64,000 bases of DNA from Acidobacteriota bacterium (GCA_040755995.1 JBFMAF010000024.1:192001-256000), one strand, 5' to 3'; shown: positions 40,073 to 51,300, counted from the stretch's first letter. Program-made: numbers and translations. Notes: generated by a model not told the origin, from the sequence alone.

Positions 40073-41059
40073 ATGCCTGCTAATCTGTCGCCCGAATACA
40101 AGGCCGCCGACGCGCGTTTCAGGCAAGCTGTGACACCCGACGAGAAGCTCGAGGCGTTGCAGGAGATGCTCGCTACCATCCCCAAGCACAAGGGCACGGA
40201 GAAGATGCAGGCGGACCTCAAGAAGCGCATCGCCCGGATGAAGCTGGAAGAGGAGCAGCGGGAGAAGCATGGCAAGCGCGGCGGGCAGTTTCGTGTGGAG
40301 AAGCAAGGGGCGGGGCAGGCCGTGCTGGTGGGCTTCCCAAACGTTGGCAAGTCGTCGCTGGTCGCGGCGATGACGAATGCGCACCCCGAGGTGGCCGACT
40401 ACCCGTTCACAACGCACCTGCCCGGTCCGGGTATCATGCCGTTCGAGAACGTGCAGCTTCAGCTGGTGGACACGCCCCCGCTGACGGAGGACATCATGGA
40501 GCCCTGGCTGCCCGATCTGGTCCGGCGCGCTGACATCGCTCTGCTGGTGGTGGACGCCGGGAGCGATGATGCACTGGAGCAGGTGGAGATGGTGCGGAAG
40601 CGATTCGCGGCGATGCACGTCGACCTCACGAGCCGCGACCCCGGCGGCACGGACAGGCAGCATCTTCATCGCCGCACCCTGCTAGTCGCGAACAAGTCGG
40701 ATGCGGCCGGCGCGGAGGATCGGTTGGAGATTCTGCGCGAGATGTGCGGCGCCGAATTCACGATCCTTACGGTCTCGGCAAAGACGGGCCACGGCCTGGA
40801 GGACTTCCGGCGAAGCGTCTGGGAATTCATGGAAAAGATCCGCGTCTACACGAAGGTGCCGGGCAAGAAAGCGGACAAGGGCCAGCCATACGTGCTGCAG
40901 CGAGGCAGCACGGTTCTGGATCTCGCGTCTTCGATTCACAAGGACTTCGTGGCCGGCCTGAAGTCCGCGCGCATCTGGGGATCGGGCAGCCACGACGGCC
41001 AGCAAGTCTCCCGCGACCACGTCCTGAGCGAGGGGGACATCGTGGAACTGCACCTCTGA
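40073..41059 (+). CDS. DRG-like Obg-superfamily GTPase with TGS domain
   Basis: PKHKGTEK; GFPNVGKS; YPFTT; DTP; NKSD; C-terminal TGS domain. Confidence 0.9.
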   Translation: MPANLSPEYKAADARFRQAVTPDEKLEALQEMLATIPKHKGTEKMQADLKKRIARMKLEEEQREKHGKRGGQFRVEKQGAGQAVLVGFPNVGKSSLVAAMTNAHPEVADYPFTTHLPGPGIMPFENVQLQLVDTPPLTEDIMEPWLPDLVRRADIALLVVDAGSDDALEQVEMVRKRFAAMHVDLTSRDPGGTDRQHLHRRTLLVANKSDAAGAEDRLEILREMCGAEFTILTVSAKTGHGLEDFRRSVWEFMEKIRVYTKVPGKKADKGQPYVLQRGSTVLDLASSIHKDFVAGLKSARIWGSGSHDGQQVSRDHVLSEGDIVELHL

Positions 41060-41100
41060 GCGGCACGCGGGCCTGAGCTCGATCCCAGGGCTCACAGCCG

Positions 41101-41919
41101 TCATTGGGAGCTCACGGCGTCACGCGATTGCACGTCTGCGATCGAATCCAGCGGAGCCTGAGCGCGAGCGACCAATAGCTCCTCCAGTCTCAGCGCGGAT
41201 GGGTATTGATCGAGATGAAGACCCTGTGCGAGGAATCGTTCGAACCCGCCGCCGGCCTTCTCGGGCTCACCGCTGCATTTTTCACTCACACTGTCCAGCA
41301 CCCACCTCAGCACCGAAACGGCCTGTTCGGGTTCCTGTGCCAGGCCCAGCTCTCCGATCATTGCGCCCAGGGCATCGAGCGCCTCGAGCTTGACCTGCCC
41401 GGGTCCCATCGCGGCGAGGAAGCTCGTGAGTCCGATCAGGAGATCCCTGAAGTCCTCCAGCACCTGTCCGAACCATCCGTGCTCTCGCCACTCCACACGG
41501 TCCACCGTCTCGAACCAGGCACGGAATGATCGAGCCGGCAGGACCAACGGTTGCACCCTGGCCTGGTCGGTGCTCATCCCCGCTGCAATGTCGGTGGCCT
41601 TGAACAGGAGACGGCTCCAGAGGTTCGCATAGAACTGCTGCATCGGCGGTCCGAAGATGCAGCGCAGGAGGAACTCCCGGTCAGGCGACATCTTGATCCC
41701 CGTGTAGATTGCCTGGACCAGCGACTCGAGGACCGCCGCGCGACTGCCAGCGTCGCGAGAGCGTTCGACGGCCTGGAGCAGGTGCTGGATCGCTTCCTGG
41801 ATCGGACGCATCTCCGCCGGAAGCTCCAGGAACCAGCTAATACCATCCCTGACGCCCTGCACGTCGCCGGCAGAGGCGGCCGTCATGAGATCCCGCGGTG
41901 TCAGCATGAGTGTCGTCAT
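41101..41919 (-). CDS. Hypothetical alpha-helical protein (272 aa)
   Basis: GGAGGAGG SD before ATG 41919; no family recognised; preceded by the island motif. Confidence 0.7.
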   Translation of the reverse strand: MTTLMLTPRDLMTAASAGDVQGVRDGISWFLELPAEMRPIQEAIQHLLQAVERSRDAGSRAAVLESLVQAIYTGIKMSPDREFLLRCIFGPPMQQFYANLWSRLLFKATDIAAGMSTDQARVQPLVLPARSFRAWFETVDRVEWREHGWFGQVLEDFRDLLIGLTSFLAAMGPGQVKLEALDALGAMIGELGLAQEPEQAVSVLRWVLDSVSEKCSGEPEKAGGGFERFLAQGLHLDQYPSALRLEELLVARAQAPLDSIADVQSRDAVSSQ

Positions 41920-41978
41920 CGCAAGTCCTCCTCCAGAGGGCGAACCCGTTCGACCTGAGGGCGCCCTCATAATAGGTA

Positions 41979-42005
41979 GATTTGGCGAACAGGCCACATC
42001 TTGCG
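41979..42005 (-). promoter_or_regulatory. Island motif copy 1 (putative ECF promoter)
   Basis: Minus strand CGCAAGATGTGGCCTGTTCGCCAAATC; A/T tract upstream, ATGAGGG downstream. Confidence 0.7.
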
Positions 42006-42215
42006 TCCTCTGGCGAAAATTTTTTTCAGGCACCGGGCTCTGATCCGAGGGGTCCGTCACTCACCAGGCGGGAGGCGCTGGACACTGACACACGGAGACG
42101 CGGAGAGGAGGACCGGCTTCGCCTTCGCCTTGCCGCCACTTGAATTCCGGCCGCCCGCCTGCTAAGAATAATGCACGTCCCGGGTTCGTTTCGCTGGCGC
42201 CGATAACTGGGGGGG

Positions 42216-45200
42216 ATGATCGCGATGGAGGAGGGCTGCTCTCGCTCTGCACCCCCACACCGCCGGGCGAGGGCTCGGGTGCCTACCCAGGTGTGCTGTG
42301 GATCGGCCTTGTTGGCTGTGCTCGGTTCGCAGTCCGCCGATCTCTCGTCTCGGGCGCCCCGCGCCATTCATGTTGGAGAGACGCTTGAGGCGGAGATCGC
42401 GGACCCAGAACACGCCCGCCTCCGGCCTTCTTTGGGCCCAGGGCACCGGTTCATTTTCGACGGCAGGGCAGGGCAGAGGCTGACCATCGGCGTGGAGTCA
42501 TTCGAGTTCGATTCGTATCTGATTCTTTTCGACCCGGCAGGCCGCGAGATCGCATTCAGCGATGACAGCGCCGGTTTCTCCAACGCGTGCATTCGGAGGC
42601 AGCTCCCCGCGGACGGCGAGTATCTGCTTGTCGTCTGCGGCGCGACCGCTGATCACCTCGGGACGTACTGGCTCACGGTACGAGAACGCGATCACGAGCC
42701 GGATTACAGTGAGCGGGCAGCGACTGCGTACTACCGTCGAGGACTGGCATGGGCATCAAGCCGCGGGAGCCGGCGCGCCGAGAGCTTCCTCAATCTGGTC
42801 ATGGGCAGGTACTATCGCGAGCGCGGGCGCTGGGGGCAGGCGGAGGACTGCTATGCCCGGAGTCGCGCCGCGGCCCAGACAGCCGATCTTGAGGTCGCGT
42901 TGTGCGCGGCCGCAATCGAACGCGGCAGGCTGATGACTCAGCGCATGCGCTATGACGCGGCCATCCGGGAGTTGCTGCGCGCACTAAGGCTGAGCGCCTC
43001 GCTGCGCGCGGCTGAAGACGCGCAGGCACAGGCCTACGCGCAGATAGGTGACATTTATCGGTCCATCGGTCGCTCCCCCGTTGCTTCCGTCTGGTACCGC
43101 AAAGCCGCAGAAGCGACATCTCCCGACGGCCCGGCTTCGACCCGAGCCAGGGTTTATTCGTCCCTGTTCAAGTCATCACTTACATCCGACAGGGACGAAG
43201 CATTCGGGTATGCGAAGTCGTGCCTTGCGATGCGAGATGCAGTTGATCCCGTGCAGCGTGTCACGATCACCGCCGATTGGGCGCGTGTGGAAGGCGCGAG
43301 GGGGCAGCCAGAGGAAGCCCTCAGATTGGCCGAAGAGGTGTGTCGCGCAGCGCGTTCGCTCGGCTGCCGGGACATCGAGATCTCCGCGCTCTCACTTGAG
43401 AGCCTGATCGCTTGGTCTCTGCGCGACATGGATGGGACCATCAAGGCCGCCCGATCCGCCGCCGCCCTAGCTCGGCCGGAAGACGAAGATTCCGGGTCCC
43501 TTCGCGTCGCGCTCCAGATGCAAGCGAGCGGCGAGATGCTCCGGGGCGACTACCAGGCGGCCCTTGCGTCGTGCCTTAAGGCGCTCCCACTAGTGGAGCG
43601 AGGCTGGGAACGTGAGCCCGTTCCTGAAGTGCGGCAGGGCTATGCGTCGCAGACGAGGGGGCTTTGCACCCAAATCATAAGATGTCTGGCCGCTCTGAAT
43701 GCACAGGAGCCGAAGACGGGACATGCTCGCATGGCCTTTGATTTCGCTGAGCGCACCAGATGCCGGTCGTTGCTCGAGGAATTGCACCGTGACGAGTTCG
43801 AGCGTCAGGGGATGCGCGCAGCGCTCGAAGCTGAACAGACGCCACTGATGGTGCGCCTGTCCGCCCTCAGCCGTCAGCTCGCAGTCGCTCGTAGTGACGA
43901 TATGAGCGATCAGGGATTGCTGGACCGGCTGGAGGAAGATCGCGCGAGGCTCGTGGCGCAGCGTATGCTTTTGGAGGCGAGATGGAATGGGCACAGTACT
44001 TGCGAGAGGGCGAATTTGCCGGTCCCGCTGACCTGTGACCAGCTACAGTCAGGCTTCCTGCGGCAGCGGCCCAATACCGCCATCCTCGTCTACCAGCTGG
44101 GCGTCAAAGAGAGCTTCCTTTTCCTTCTCAGCCGGAGCGACGTGCGCCTCCTCACTCTGCCGGACTGGAACTGCATCGGTGGGCTCGTCAGGCAATGGCG
44201 TTCCGCCATCGTCCAACAGCTTCGCTCAGATGCCGGTGACGTGCTTCAGGTGCGCCACTACGAGGATATCGCTCACAAGCTCTATGCGACATTGGTGCAG
44301 CCGGTGGCGGACCACATACGAGGAAGAGATCTGGTTTTCGTCGCCGATGGAGTCCTGCACGAATTGGCGTTCGAGAGTCTCGTCACGTCCAGAGCTGATG
44401 ATGCGAGCAGCTATGCCGGCCTTCGTTATCTGGTTGAGGACCACGCGATCACCTATGCTCCGTCCGTCACGATTCTGGTCGAGGCCGAGCGCAGGGCAAA
44501 CGTGCGGCCTCCACCCGCCAGGAATCTGCTGCTGGTGGGCGACGCGGTGTTCACACCGGATGATCCCCGCGCCGGTGTTCCCCCGTCTACGCCGTCCGTG
44601 AGCTCCAACACGGGAGCAGGCAGAAGGGCGATGGCACTTCGTGCCGGCATCGGGAGGCTGCCGGCAACACGTCAAGAGGTCCTGGGCATCTCGGAGCTGG
44701 CCGAGAAGAGCAGTTGGCATTCGACACTCTGGATGGGATTCGACGCGGCGGAAGGAAGGCTCAAGACCACGCGGCTGTCGCAATTCCGCATCGTGCACTT
44801 CGCGACTCATGCAACCGCAGACCCAGTGGACGGCGAGTTCTCGGGCATCCTCCTTTCGTATGATCGCGACTCCTCGGACGAGGACGGGCTCCTTTCCGCT
44901 GCTGAGGTGAGAAGCCTGGATCTCGATGCCGAACTTGTCGTGCTCAGCGGCTGTTCCACGGCCGCGGGCCAGCGGACAGGCGCTGAGGGAGTAATTGGGC
45001 TGAGTCGCGAGTTCATGATCGCCGGGGCTGAGCGCGTGTGCGCATCGCTTTGGGATGTCGAAGACGGGTCCACACAGCGGCTAATGGGCACCCTATATGG
45101 ACACCTCCTCTCCAGAGGCGACCCCCCGGGTTTCGCGTTGCGGCAGGTGAAGATCGAACTCCTGTCCGCTGGTCTCTCACCCAGTCGCTGGGCCGCCTTC

Positions 45201-45221
45201 GTCTTGGCGGGAGCGCTGTAG
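42216..45221 (+). CDS. PPC + TPR-like + CHAT (caspase-like) protease
   Basis: PPC (FDSYLIL.DP.G..IA..DD); AFDFAERTRCRSLLE; HFATHA (His 44808) and VVLSGC (Cys 44952); ASLWDVED; WAAFVLAG. Confidence 0.92.
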   Translation: MIAMEEGCSRSAPPHRRARARVPTQVCCGSALLAVLGSQSADLSSRAPRAIHVGETLEAEIADPEHARLRPSLGPGHRFIFDGRAGQRLTIGVESFEFDSYLILFDPAGREIAFSDDSAGFSNACIRRQLPADGEYLLVVCGATADHLGTYWLTVRERDHEPDYSERAATAYYRRGLAWASSRGSRRAESFLNLVMGRYYRERGRWGQAEDCYARSRAAAQTADLEVALCAAAIERGRLMTQRMRYDAAIRELLRALRLSASLRAAEDAQAQAYAQIGDIYRSIGRSPVASVWYRKAAEATSPDGPASTRARVYSSLFKSSLTSDRDEAFGYAKSCLAMRDAVDPVQRVTITADWARVEGARGQPEEALRLAEEVCRAARSLGCRDIEISALSLESLIAWSLRDMDGTIKAARSAAALARPEDEDSGSLRVALQMQASGEMLRGDYQAALASCLKALPLVERGWEREPVPEVRQGYASQTRGLCTQIIRCLAALNAQEPKTGHARMAFDFAERTRCRSLLEELHRDEFERQGMRAALEAEQTPLMVRLSALSRQLAVARSDDMSDQGLLDRLEEDRARLVAQRMLLEARWNGHSTCERANLPVPLTCDQLQSGFLRQRPNTAILVYQLGVKESFLFLLSRSDVRLLTLPDWNCIGGLVRQWRSAIVQQLRSDAGDVLQVRHYEDIAHKLYATLVQPVADHIRGRDLVFVADGVLHELAFESLVTSRADDASSYAGLRYLVEDHAITYAPSVTILVEAERRANVRPPPARNLLLVGDAVFTPDDPRAGVPPSTPSVSSNTGAGRRAMALRAGIGRLPATRQEVLGISELAEKSSWHSTLWMGFDAAEGRLKTTRLSQFRIVHFATHATADPVDGEFSGILLSYDRDSSDEDGLLSAAEVRSLDLDAELVVLSGCSTAAGQRTGAEGVIGLSREFMIAGAERVCASLWDVEDGSTQRLMGTLYGHLLSRGDPPGFALRQVKIELLSAGLSPSRWAAFVLAGAL

Positions 45222-45277
45222 ACGCCTGCGGCGACACAGCCTCCACTCGATGCCGTCTCGGTTGATCACCGGTCGCG

Positions 45278-45466
45278 TCAGGGCTTGCTGGGACTACAGC
45301 AGTCCGCCCCGAACAGACAACAATCGTCGTCCAGCGTCATGGGTGGGTTGATTGTGCGCACTCCCGCTTGGTTGTGCTGCAAGGGGCTTGGTGACGGCGT
45401 CCACGCTGGCGAAGCCAGCAGAAGTGTACCCAGCAGTCCCAGAATGATCCATCGTACTACCGACAT
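45278..45466 (-). CDS. 62-aa secreted peptide precursor with C-terminal CC-x5-CC
   Basis: AAGGAGG SD; signal peptide MSVVRWIILGLLGTLLLASPAW; tail DDDCCLFGADCCSPSKP. Confidence 0.7.
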   Translation of the reverse strand: MSVVRWIILGLLGTLLLASPAWTPSPSPLQHNQAGVRTINPPMTLDDDCCLFGADCCSPSKP

Positions 45467-45579
45467 GGTTTCCTCCTTGTTGAATGAATGCCGTTGACCG
45501 ATCGCCTCGGCCGGCGGCGGTTGTGTTGTTTGACCGTGTTCCACCTGTAACCGTTGTTCATGTCCCTTCACCAAAGGAT

Positions 45580-45606
45580 GATTTGGCGAGAAGGGCACAT
45601 CTTGCG
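45580..45606 (-). promoter_or_regulatory. Island motif copy 2 (putative ECF promoter)
   Basis: Minus strand CGCAAGATGTGCCCTTCTCGCCAAATC, 24/27 identical to copy 1; A8 tract upstream, GTGAAGG downstream. Confidence 0.7.
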
Positions 45607-45636
45607 TGCGGAGCATAGTTTTTTTTCCAAGGCGTC

Positions 45637-45816
45637 GCGCGGGTGCTGGCGACCTCACAACGTCTGCCGCTGAAGGGCACTCTCCGAGTGCTGCTCGATG
45701 GCAAGGAAGCAGACCTGATCGAGGAAGTGAAGCCGCTTCGGGACCGCCTCCACGAGCTCCGATCCCGCATCGCGCCGCACAGTCGCACCACCGTCCTGGA
45801 TCTGGCCGGCGAGCCT
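45637..45816 (+). pseudogene. DUF3368-type (PIN-related) toxin 3' fragment
   Basis: AR..A....L...GTLRVLL.GK...LIEEVKPL.D.L.....RI.......VL.LAGE pattern. Confidence 0.6.
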
Positions 45817-45914
45817 GTAGCCGGGTCAGTGCGGGCCGCTTCGCGACCACCACACCAGCGGGCCGCCGTCCGCTGTTTCGGGGTTACGGCTGCGGACGAG
45901 GATGATGGATGGAC

Positions 45915-45962
45915 TTGCTCCGGGCCGATCTCGCTGATATCATAATGGAGAGTATGATATCA
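45915..45962 (+). promoter_or_regulatory. vapBC promoter and operator
   Basis: TTGCTC-17 nt-TATCAT; perfect inverted repeat TGATATCATA-8 nt-TATGATATCA (45935-45962). Confidence 0.7.
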
Positions 45963-45985
45963 AGGACACGGGGGAGGCAACTGGG

Positions 45986-46225
45986 ATGCGCACGATCATC
46001 ACTCTCGCGCCGGAAGACAAGGCGTGGCTCGACCGGGTGGCACGACAGCGTCACGTCCCGATGACTCGGATCGTCGCCCAGGCAGTCAAGGAGCTTCGAC
46101 GTGAATGGAGCTTTCTCGATCAGGATTTCGACCAGATACTTGACGAGACACGCGGCATCTGGAAACGAGCTGGCGGATTGACCTACCAGCGAATGCGCCG
46201 GGCCGAATGGGACAGGCGACAATGA
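45986..46225 (+). CDS. RHH/CopG-type antitoxin (VapB)
   Basis: MRTIITL..EDKAWLD; GIWK...GLTYQRMRRAEW; ATGA overlap with the PIN gene. Confidence 0.85.
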   Translation: MRTIITLAPEDKAWLDRVARQRHVPMTRIVAQAVKELRREWSFLDQDFDQILDETRGIWKRAGGLTYQRMRRAEWDRRQ

Positions 46226-46590
46226 GGCTGCTGCTCGATTCAGTGATCGTCATCGACCACTTCAACGGAGTCTCGAATGCTACAGCGTACCTCGCTGCCG
46301 TGCGAACGGAGGCTGCCGTGTCGGTGATAACTCGAGCGGAGGTCCTGGCGGGGCTCGATGACCTCGCTGCAGTCAAGGCCCAGCGTCTCCTCGACTGCTT
46401 CCCCACGCTGCCCATCGACAGAGAGGCGGCAGACCTCGCTGCGAGTCTCCGGCGCAGCCACCACTGGAGGCTCCCCGACGCATTTCAGGCTGCGCTCGCG
46501 CTCAGACACGGGCTCCTCCTCGTGACCCGGAACACGAAGGACTTCCCGCCTTCCAAGCACCGCTTCGTCCTCGTGCCGTATCGACTGTAG
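46222..46590 (+). CDS. vapC: VapC PIN-domain toxin
   Basis: LLDSVIVID; SVITRAE; LPDAFQAA; VTRNTKDF. Confidence 0.92.
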   Translation: MRLLLDSVIVIDHFNGVSNATAYLAAVRTEAAVSVITRAEVLAGLDDLAAVKAQRLLDCFPTLPIDREAADLAASLRRSHHWRLPDAFQAALALRHGLLLVTRNTKDFPPSKHRFVLVPYRL

Positions 46591-49500
46591 GTGTCCGGAG
46601 GATGCCCGCTCCGATCCAGCGAGCAGGAGCGTGGTCGCGCACGCAGCGGGTACCGCAGACGGGGCACGGAGGTGTGGACGCGGTCGTCGGCTGCCTGGAC
46701 CCGCCATGCACGTCCTCGCAGTTGTGCGACATCTCATTCTCGCCCCGGGCGCCGGTCACGACTCTGACTATGCTGAAGGTCGCGTCGCTTTCGTCCCACG
46801 GATCCTTGTCCAGGTCGCTCACTCGTGTGAGACAGTTCGTAGATGTCGGAGTCACGACCGGCCACTGGCAACTTCCCGTGTTGACGATTCCCGCCTTGAT
46901 CCGGCTCCAACTCTGCCCGTTGTTCCGAGAAATGTCAACGTTCACATTCCGCACGTTGCCGCCGGTCGTCCAGGCGATCGTTGCCGTCGTTCCCACCTTG
47001 AGCTGCTCGCCTCCGTTCGGCGATGTCACCGTGATGCTCGGCCGGATCGAGAACGGCTCCTTCGTCTCGCCGCAGAACTTCATGTTCGCAGCATCGCTCA
47101 CCCGCAGATAGCACTCCGCGGCCTCCGGCTCCGTCACGATCCAACTCAGGCTTCCCTCGTTCGTGTAGGTCGTGTTCTTCGGGTCGATGTGCTTCCAGTC
47201 GCCGCCATCCCGCTTGATCTGTATCTTCACGTTCTTCGGCGTCCCGGACGGGCTCCACTTGATCGTGTAGCTCTTCCCGTTCCTCAGCACATCGCCGCCC
47301 ACCGGCTTCTTGATCGTGAAGCCGTCGTTGATCGGGAACTTCGCATCGGAGGTGTCGGCTGTGACACCGCCGGCGTCTTTGATCTCGATCAGGCATTCGG
47401 TCGACGCTGGGCCCGTGACCGGCCATGGCAGCTCGCCGCTATTGGGCACCGATTCGCGCCCCGGATGCAACGACTCCGAGTAAGGCGCCTTCCCGGTGCG
47501 GCTCAGCGAGACCTTCACGTTCTGAATCCGAGTCATGTCGCCGGGGTTCCACTTGATGGTCTGCTTCGTCCCGATCGTTAGCCCGTCGTTCTTCCCATTC
47601 GGCCATTCCACCTTGATCACCATCTGCTGCGGCACGATCGAGAATGGCTTGCTCATGGCCGACGGATCGGCGTCCCCTGGATCTTGGATACGGACGCGCC
47701 AGCCGTCCCCAGAAAGGCCCTCGGGCACCGGCGGCACCTCGCACAGATAGTGCCCGCTGTTCTCGCAGGATGGCACGACTTCGATCGTCTCCAGATCGTG
47801 GTCGGGCAGGTTCTTGATGAGGTCGATCCTCACGTGTTGGCACAGCGACACGCTCGTGGCCACCCACTCGATCCTGTACTTGTTGCCGACACCAAGCAGC
47901 TCTCCTCCTTCGGGTCTGGTCACTCTCAGAGTCGCTGGCGCGGCCACGATGCGGAAGTGCTCGTCGCTCTCGTCCTTCACGCCAGCCGTGATCTCCTCCA
48001 CGCGGATCCGGTACGCGTTGCCCGGCGCGTCGTCAACAATCCACCGGCAGGAAGTCACATAGCCCTTCTCTGCAATGGGCCGCACGCGCTCCGGGCTGCT
48101 AGAGTCGTCCACAAGAGAGATCCTCAGTCCCTTGCCGCTCGCGAAGTGTCCGGTCAGCTCCCAGCTGATCATCACCTCGGTGCCCGCCTGAAATGTCTGC
48201 CGTTCCAGCTCGGTGTTGTGTGGGGGCACCCTGCCGCCGTTGGGATAGAGGACCTTGATGGCTCGATTCGACGGCTCGATCGTGAACGTGCCATCGCTCA
48301 GATCCTGTGTGTCTTCATTCCCGGTGTGAATCCGTATCAGGCACTGCTCGGATGGCGCGTTCGGCACGCTCCACTTGAACGACTTGCTCTTCGGATCGAG
48401 CGCGTTGGCTCCGTCCACCGCCTTCCAGTTGGTCCCGTTGTCTGTGGAGTACTTGATCGCCATCGTCTGCGTGCCGAAGTCACCATCGGCGATCCACACG
48501 ATGTTGTGCTCGGTGAGCGCTTCCCAGTGCTCACCGCCGTTCGGCTCACGCACGGTGAGCTTCTTCTGGACGATCGAGAACGGCGCATCGCTCGTGTCTT
48601 CCTCGGGCCCGGCCGTGTTGCTGATGCGGATGTAGCATCTCCCGGCGGCGGTGTCGGCAGTCCACTTGCACTGGCGTGCGGCCGCGTCGAAGGATGACTT
48701 GATGACCTTGATCTGAGTCGCGTTGCCCACCGAGATGAGCAGCTCGATACGCACCGTGGCGATGTTCGACGTGGCTCGCCACTTGATGGTGGTGGACTTC
48801 CCCACGATAAGCGCTTCGCCTCCGTTGGGGTACTCCACCACGATCTCGCCGGTCACAACGGTGCCCTGCGGAGACCTGTCCGTCTTGAGACGCATCCCGC
48901 GATCGTCGTAGAGGTAGCTCGCAAGGAGCGGCAGCTCTGCCGTGCCCGCGTCCGGTGTCGTGTCGCCGTCCATCTCGGCCAGCAAGCTCGACATGTCGCT
49001 GCCCGCCTCCGCATTCATCTTCCGCACCTCCGCGAGGCGGTTCTGATTGTCCCAGACATACTGGTAGACGCCGTCGGACTTGAGATTGCCGCGGCCGTCA
49101 TAGGGCAGGCCGATGATCTGGTTCTTCCCGTTGAAGGTCTGCACCAAGGGCGAGCTCGTGCCCTCGGTGATCTGCCGGGCATTTCCCAGTCCGTCATACT
49201 GGTAGGCGATCGACGGCACTCGGCCGGCGCTGTTCGGAGTGTACTCCACCTTGGTCAGCCGGTTCAGGTCGTCGTACTCGAAGGTCGCGTCGAGCTGGGG
49301 ATTGGTGTCGGTGATCGACGTGATGTTGTAGTTGCCGTCATAGCCGTATACAGCGCGATAGAGGTTCTTCGTGGAATTTGCGAGCCGGGCACTGCCCAGG
49401 TGACCTGTCTTGAGGTAGGCGGCGGTGAACGTGGTCCCGTTGGCGAACCCGATGCTGGTCGGCTGCTTGTAGTCCGCATAAAGCGCAGAGTCGACGATGC

Positions 49501-51300
49501 GCGCGCCGTTGCGCCTCACGCTGTCCGGGGCGTCGAAGCCGGTATTCGTGTACGTGATCCTCTGGCCATCCGGGTAGACGACTGCGCTGAGGTTGTTGCT
49601 GGCATCATGCTCGTACGCCAGCGTCTTTGCAGACATTCCCGGGATAGTGAGCGTCTCATGCTCGACAGACCCCAGCGGATTGTACGAGATGCCGGTCCGC
49701 TTCCACCCCTTCGTCGCGCTCTCGACCGAGCGGAGCGTCCCGTCGCCCGGGTCGTAGCCATAGTTCAGGTCATCGTCCCCGGAATTCAGGGTCTTGAGCT
49801 GGTTGAAAGTGTTGTAGCCGTAGTTGATTGCGGTGGTCGCCCAGACCTTCCGTTCGAGGTTGCCCGTGGTGGGGCTGTACGTGTAGCTGATCGTCCCGGT
49901 TTCCGGGTGGCTCTCGCTGGTGACATTGTCCATGCCGTCGTGGGAGTACCTCTGGGTCCGGCCGCCGCTGAGGTCGGCCCGCAGAAGCCGCCCGATGTCG
50001 TCATAGTAGTACGCCGTGGAGACGCCATTCGGTTCGGTGGTGAGCGTGATGCGGCCGGGCAGGCCGTCGTACCGGTATTTCCAATGCTTGCCGTTCGCGT
50101 CTGTCACATCCTTGAGGCCGTTCTCGAGACTCACGATCGTGGTCTTGTTCCGGGGGTCCGTGGTCTGCACAACGTCGCCGGCTTGATTGTAGATATAGCT
50201 GTAGACGTCCAGCGGGTCGGTGCTGCCCCTGGATTCCGCAACCACCCGGCCCTCCTTGTCCAGCTCCTTCCTGTACTGGAGCGTGGTGCCGGTCTTGAGG
50301 TCTTTCTCCGTGTGCCCAAGGGCGCGCCCGAGACCATCCCAGTACTTGACGATCTGCTTCTGCTCCTGAGTGACGGTTGCGCTTCTGCCGTTCTCGGCCC
50401 ATCGCACCGTGATGTTGGCGAACTGCCCGGGCATAGTGACGTCGGTCACGCGGCCCAGGTTGTCGTAGGAGAAGCCCATCGTCCCGCCGTGCTGATTGGT
50501 TTCCGTCAGAATCGAGCTGTCGTGCGGGCTGATGGTTCTACTGAATACGGTGAACCCATCCTGCCATTTCAGAAGCGACTGCACTCCGTGGTCGTACTTC
50601 GCGATCTGTTTGCCGGCGGAGCCCGGGAGGTCCGTCGTGATCGTGATCAGTGCCGGATTCGCCAGCTGGTTCTCGTAGCCCCAGGTAAGCCAGTTCCCTG
50701 ACCCCACCCACCGCTCGACCTGCGTGACGGCGCCCGTTGGGAAGTCGTACGTCGACTTCGTCTCCTTGAGCTTCCCCGACGATCCGGTCGTCGTCTGGTT
50801 ACTGACGTATGAGAGCATGTAGCTGTCTTTGAACCTCTGGTCGCTCTCGAATGCGTAGCTGTATGTGTCTGTGTAGCTGGCCGCGTGGGGGCCCGTGCCG
50901 CTCGAGTGCGTGATCGATGTGGGGAGCCCGCGCTCGTACGGCCCGGTGCGGTCGTAATAGTATGCGTCGATCGTGGTCTGAGCCGGAAGCGTTGTGCGCT
51001 TCACGCTCCTTCTGAGAGGAACCCATATGGGCGCACACTCGTTGAGATGATTGATATCGCCGATCACGTACCTCTGCCAGCCGTACCACTCATGATAGCT
51101 CGTGTCCCCGTACCACTTCTCCGTGATCACAGGGTCCAGCGTGACGTCGCCGGGCAGACCGTATTTGGCGTAGGCCTTCTGTGTGGCCGGTCCGGTCACA
51201 ACTACCGTGTCATCTCCTGCCAGGTTGAATCCTGGATACTCGTAGCTCCATTCCGCGGTCTCGCCCTCGCCATCGACGATGGCCCTCCGCCATACCACGC
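46502..51300 (-). pseudogene. Rhs/YD-repeat protein fragment with seven PNGGE-type Ig-like repeats; lacks own start and Rhs core end
   Basis: YD repeats (YDNLGRVT, HPETG, YDDLNRL, YLYDDRGMRLK), then seven repeats V..PNGGE....G....I.W...D.SD..F.I (46767-48847); no PxxxxDPxG motif. Confidence 0.8.
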
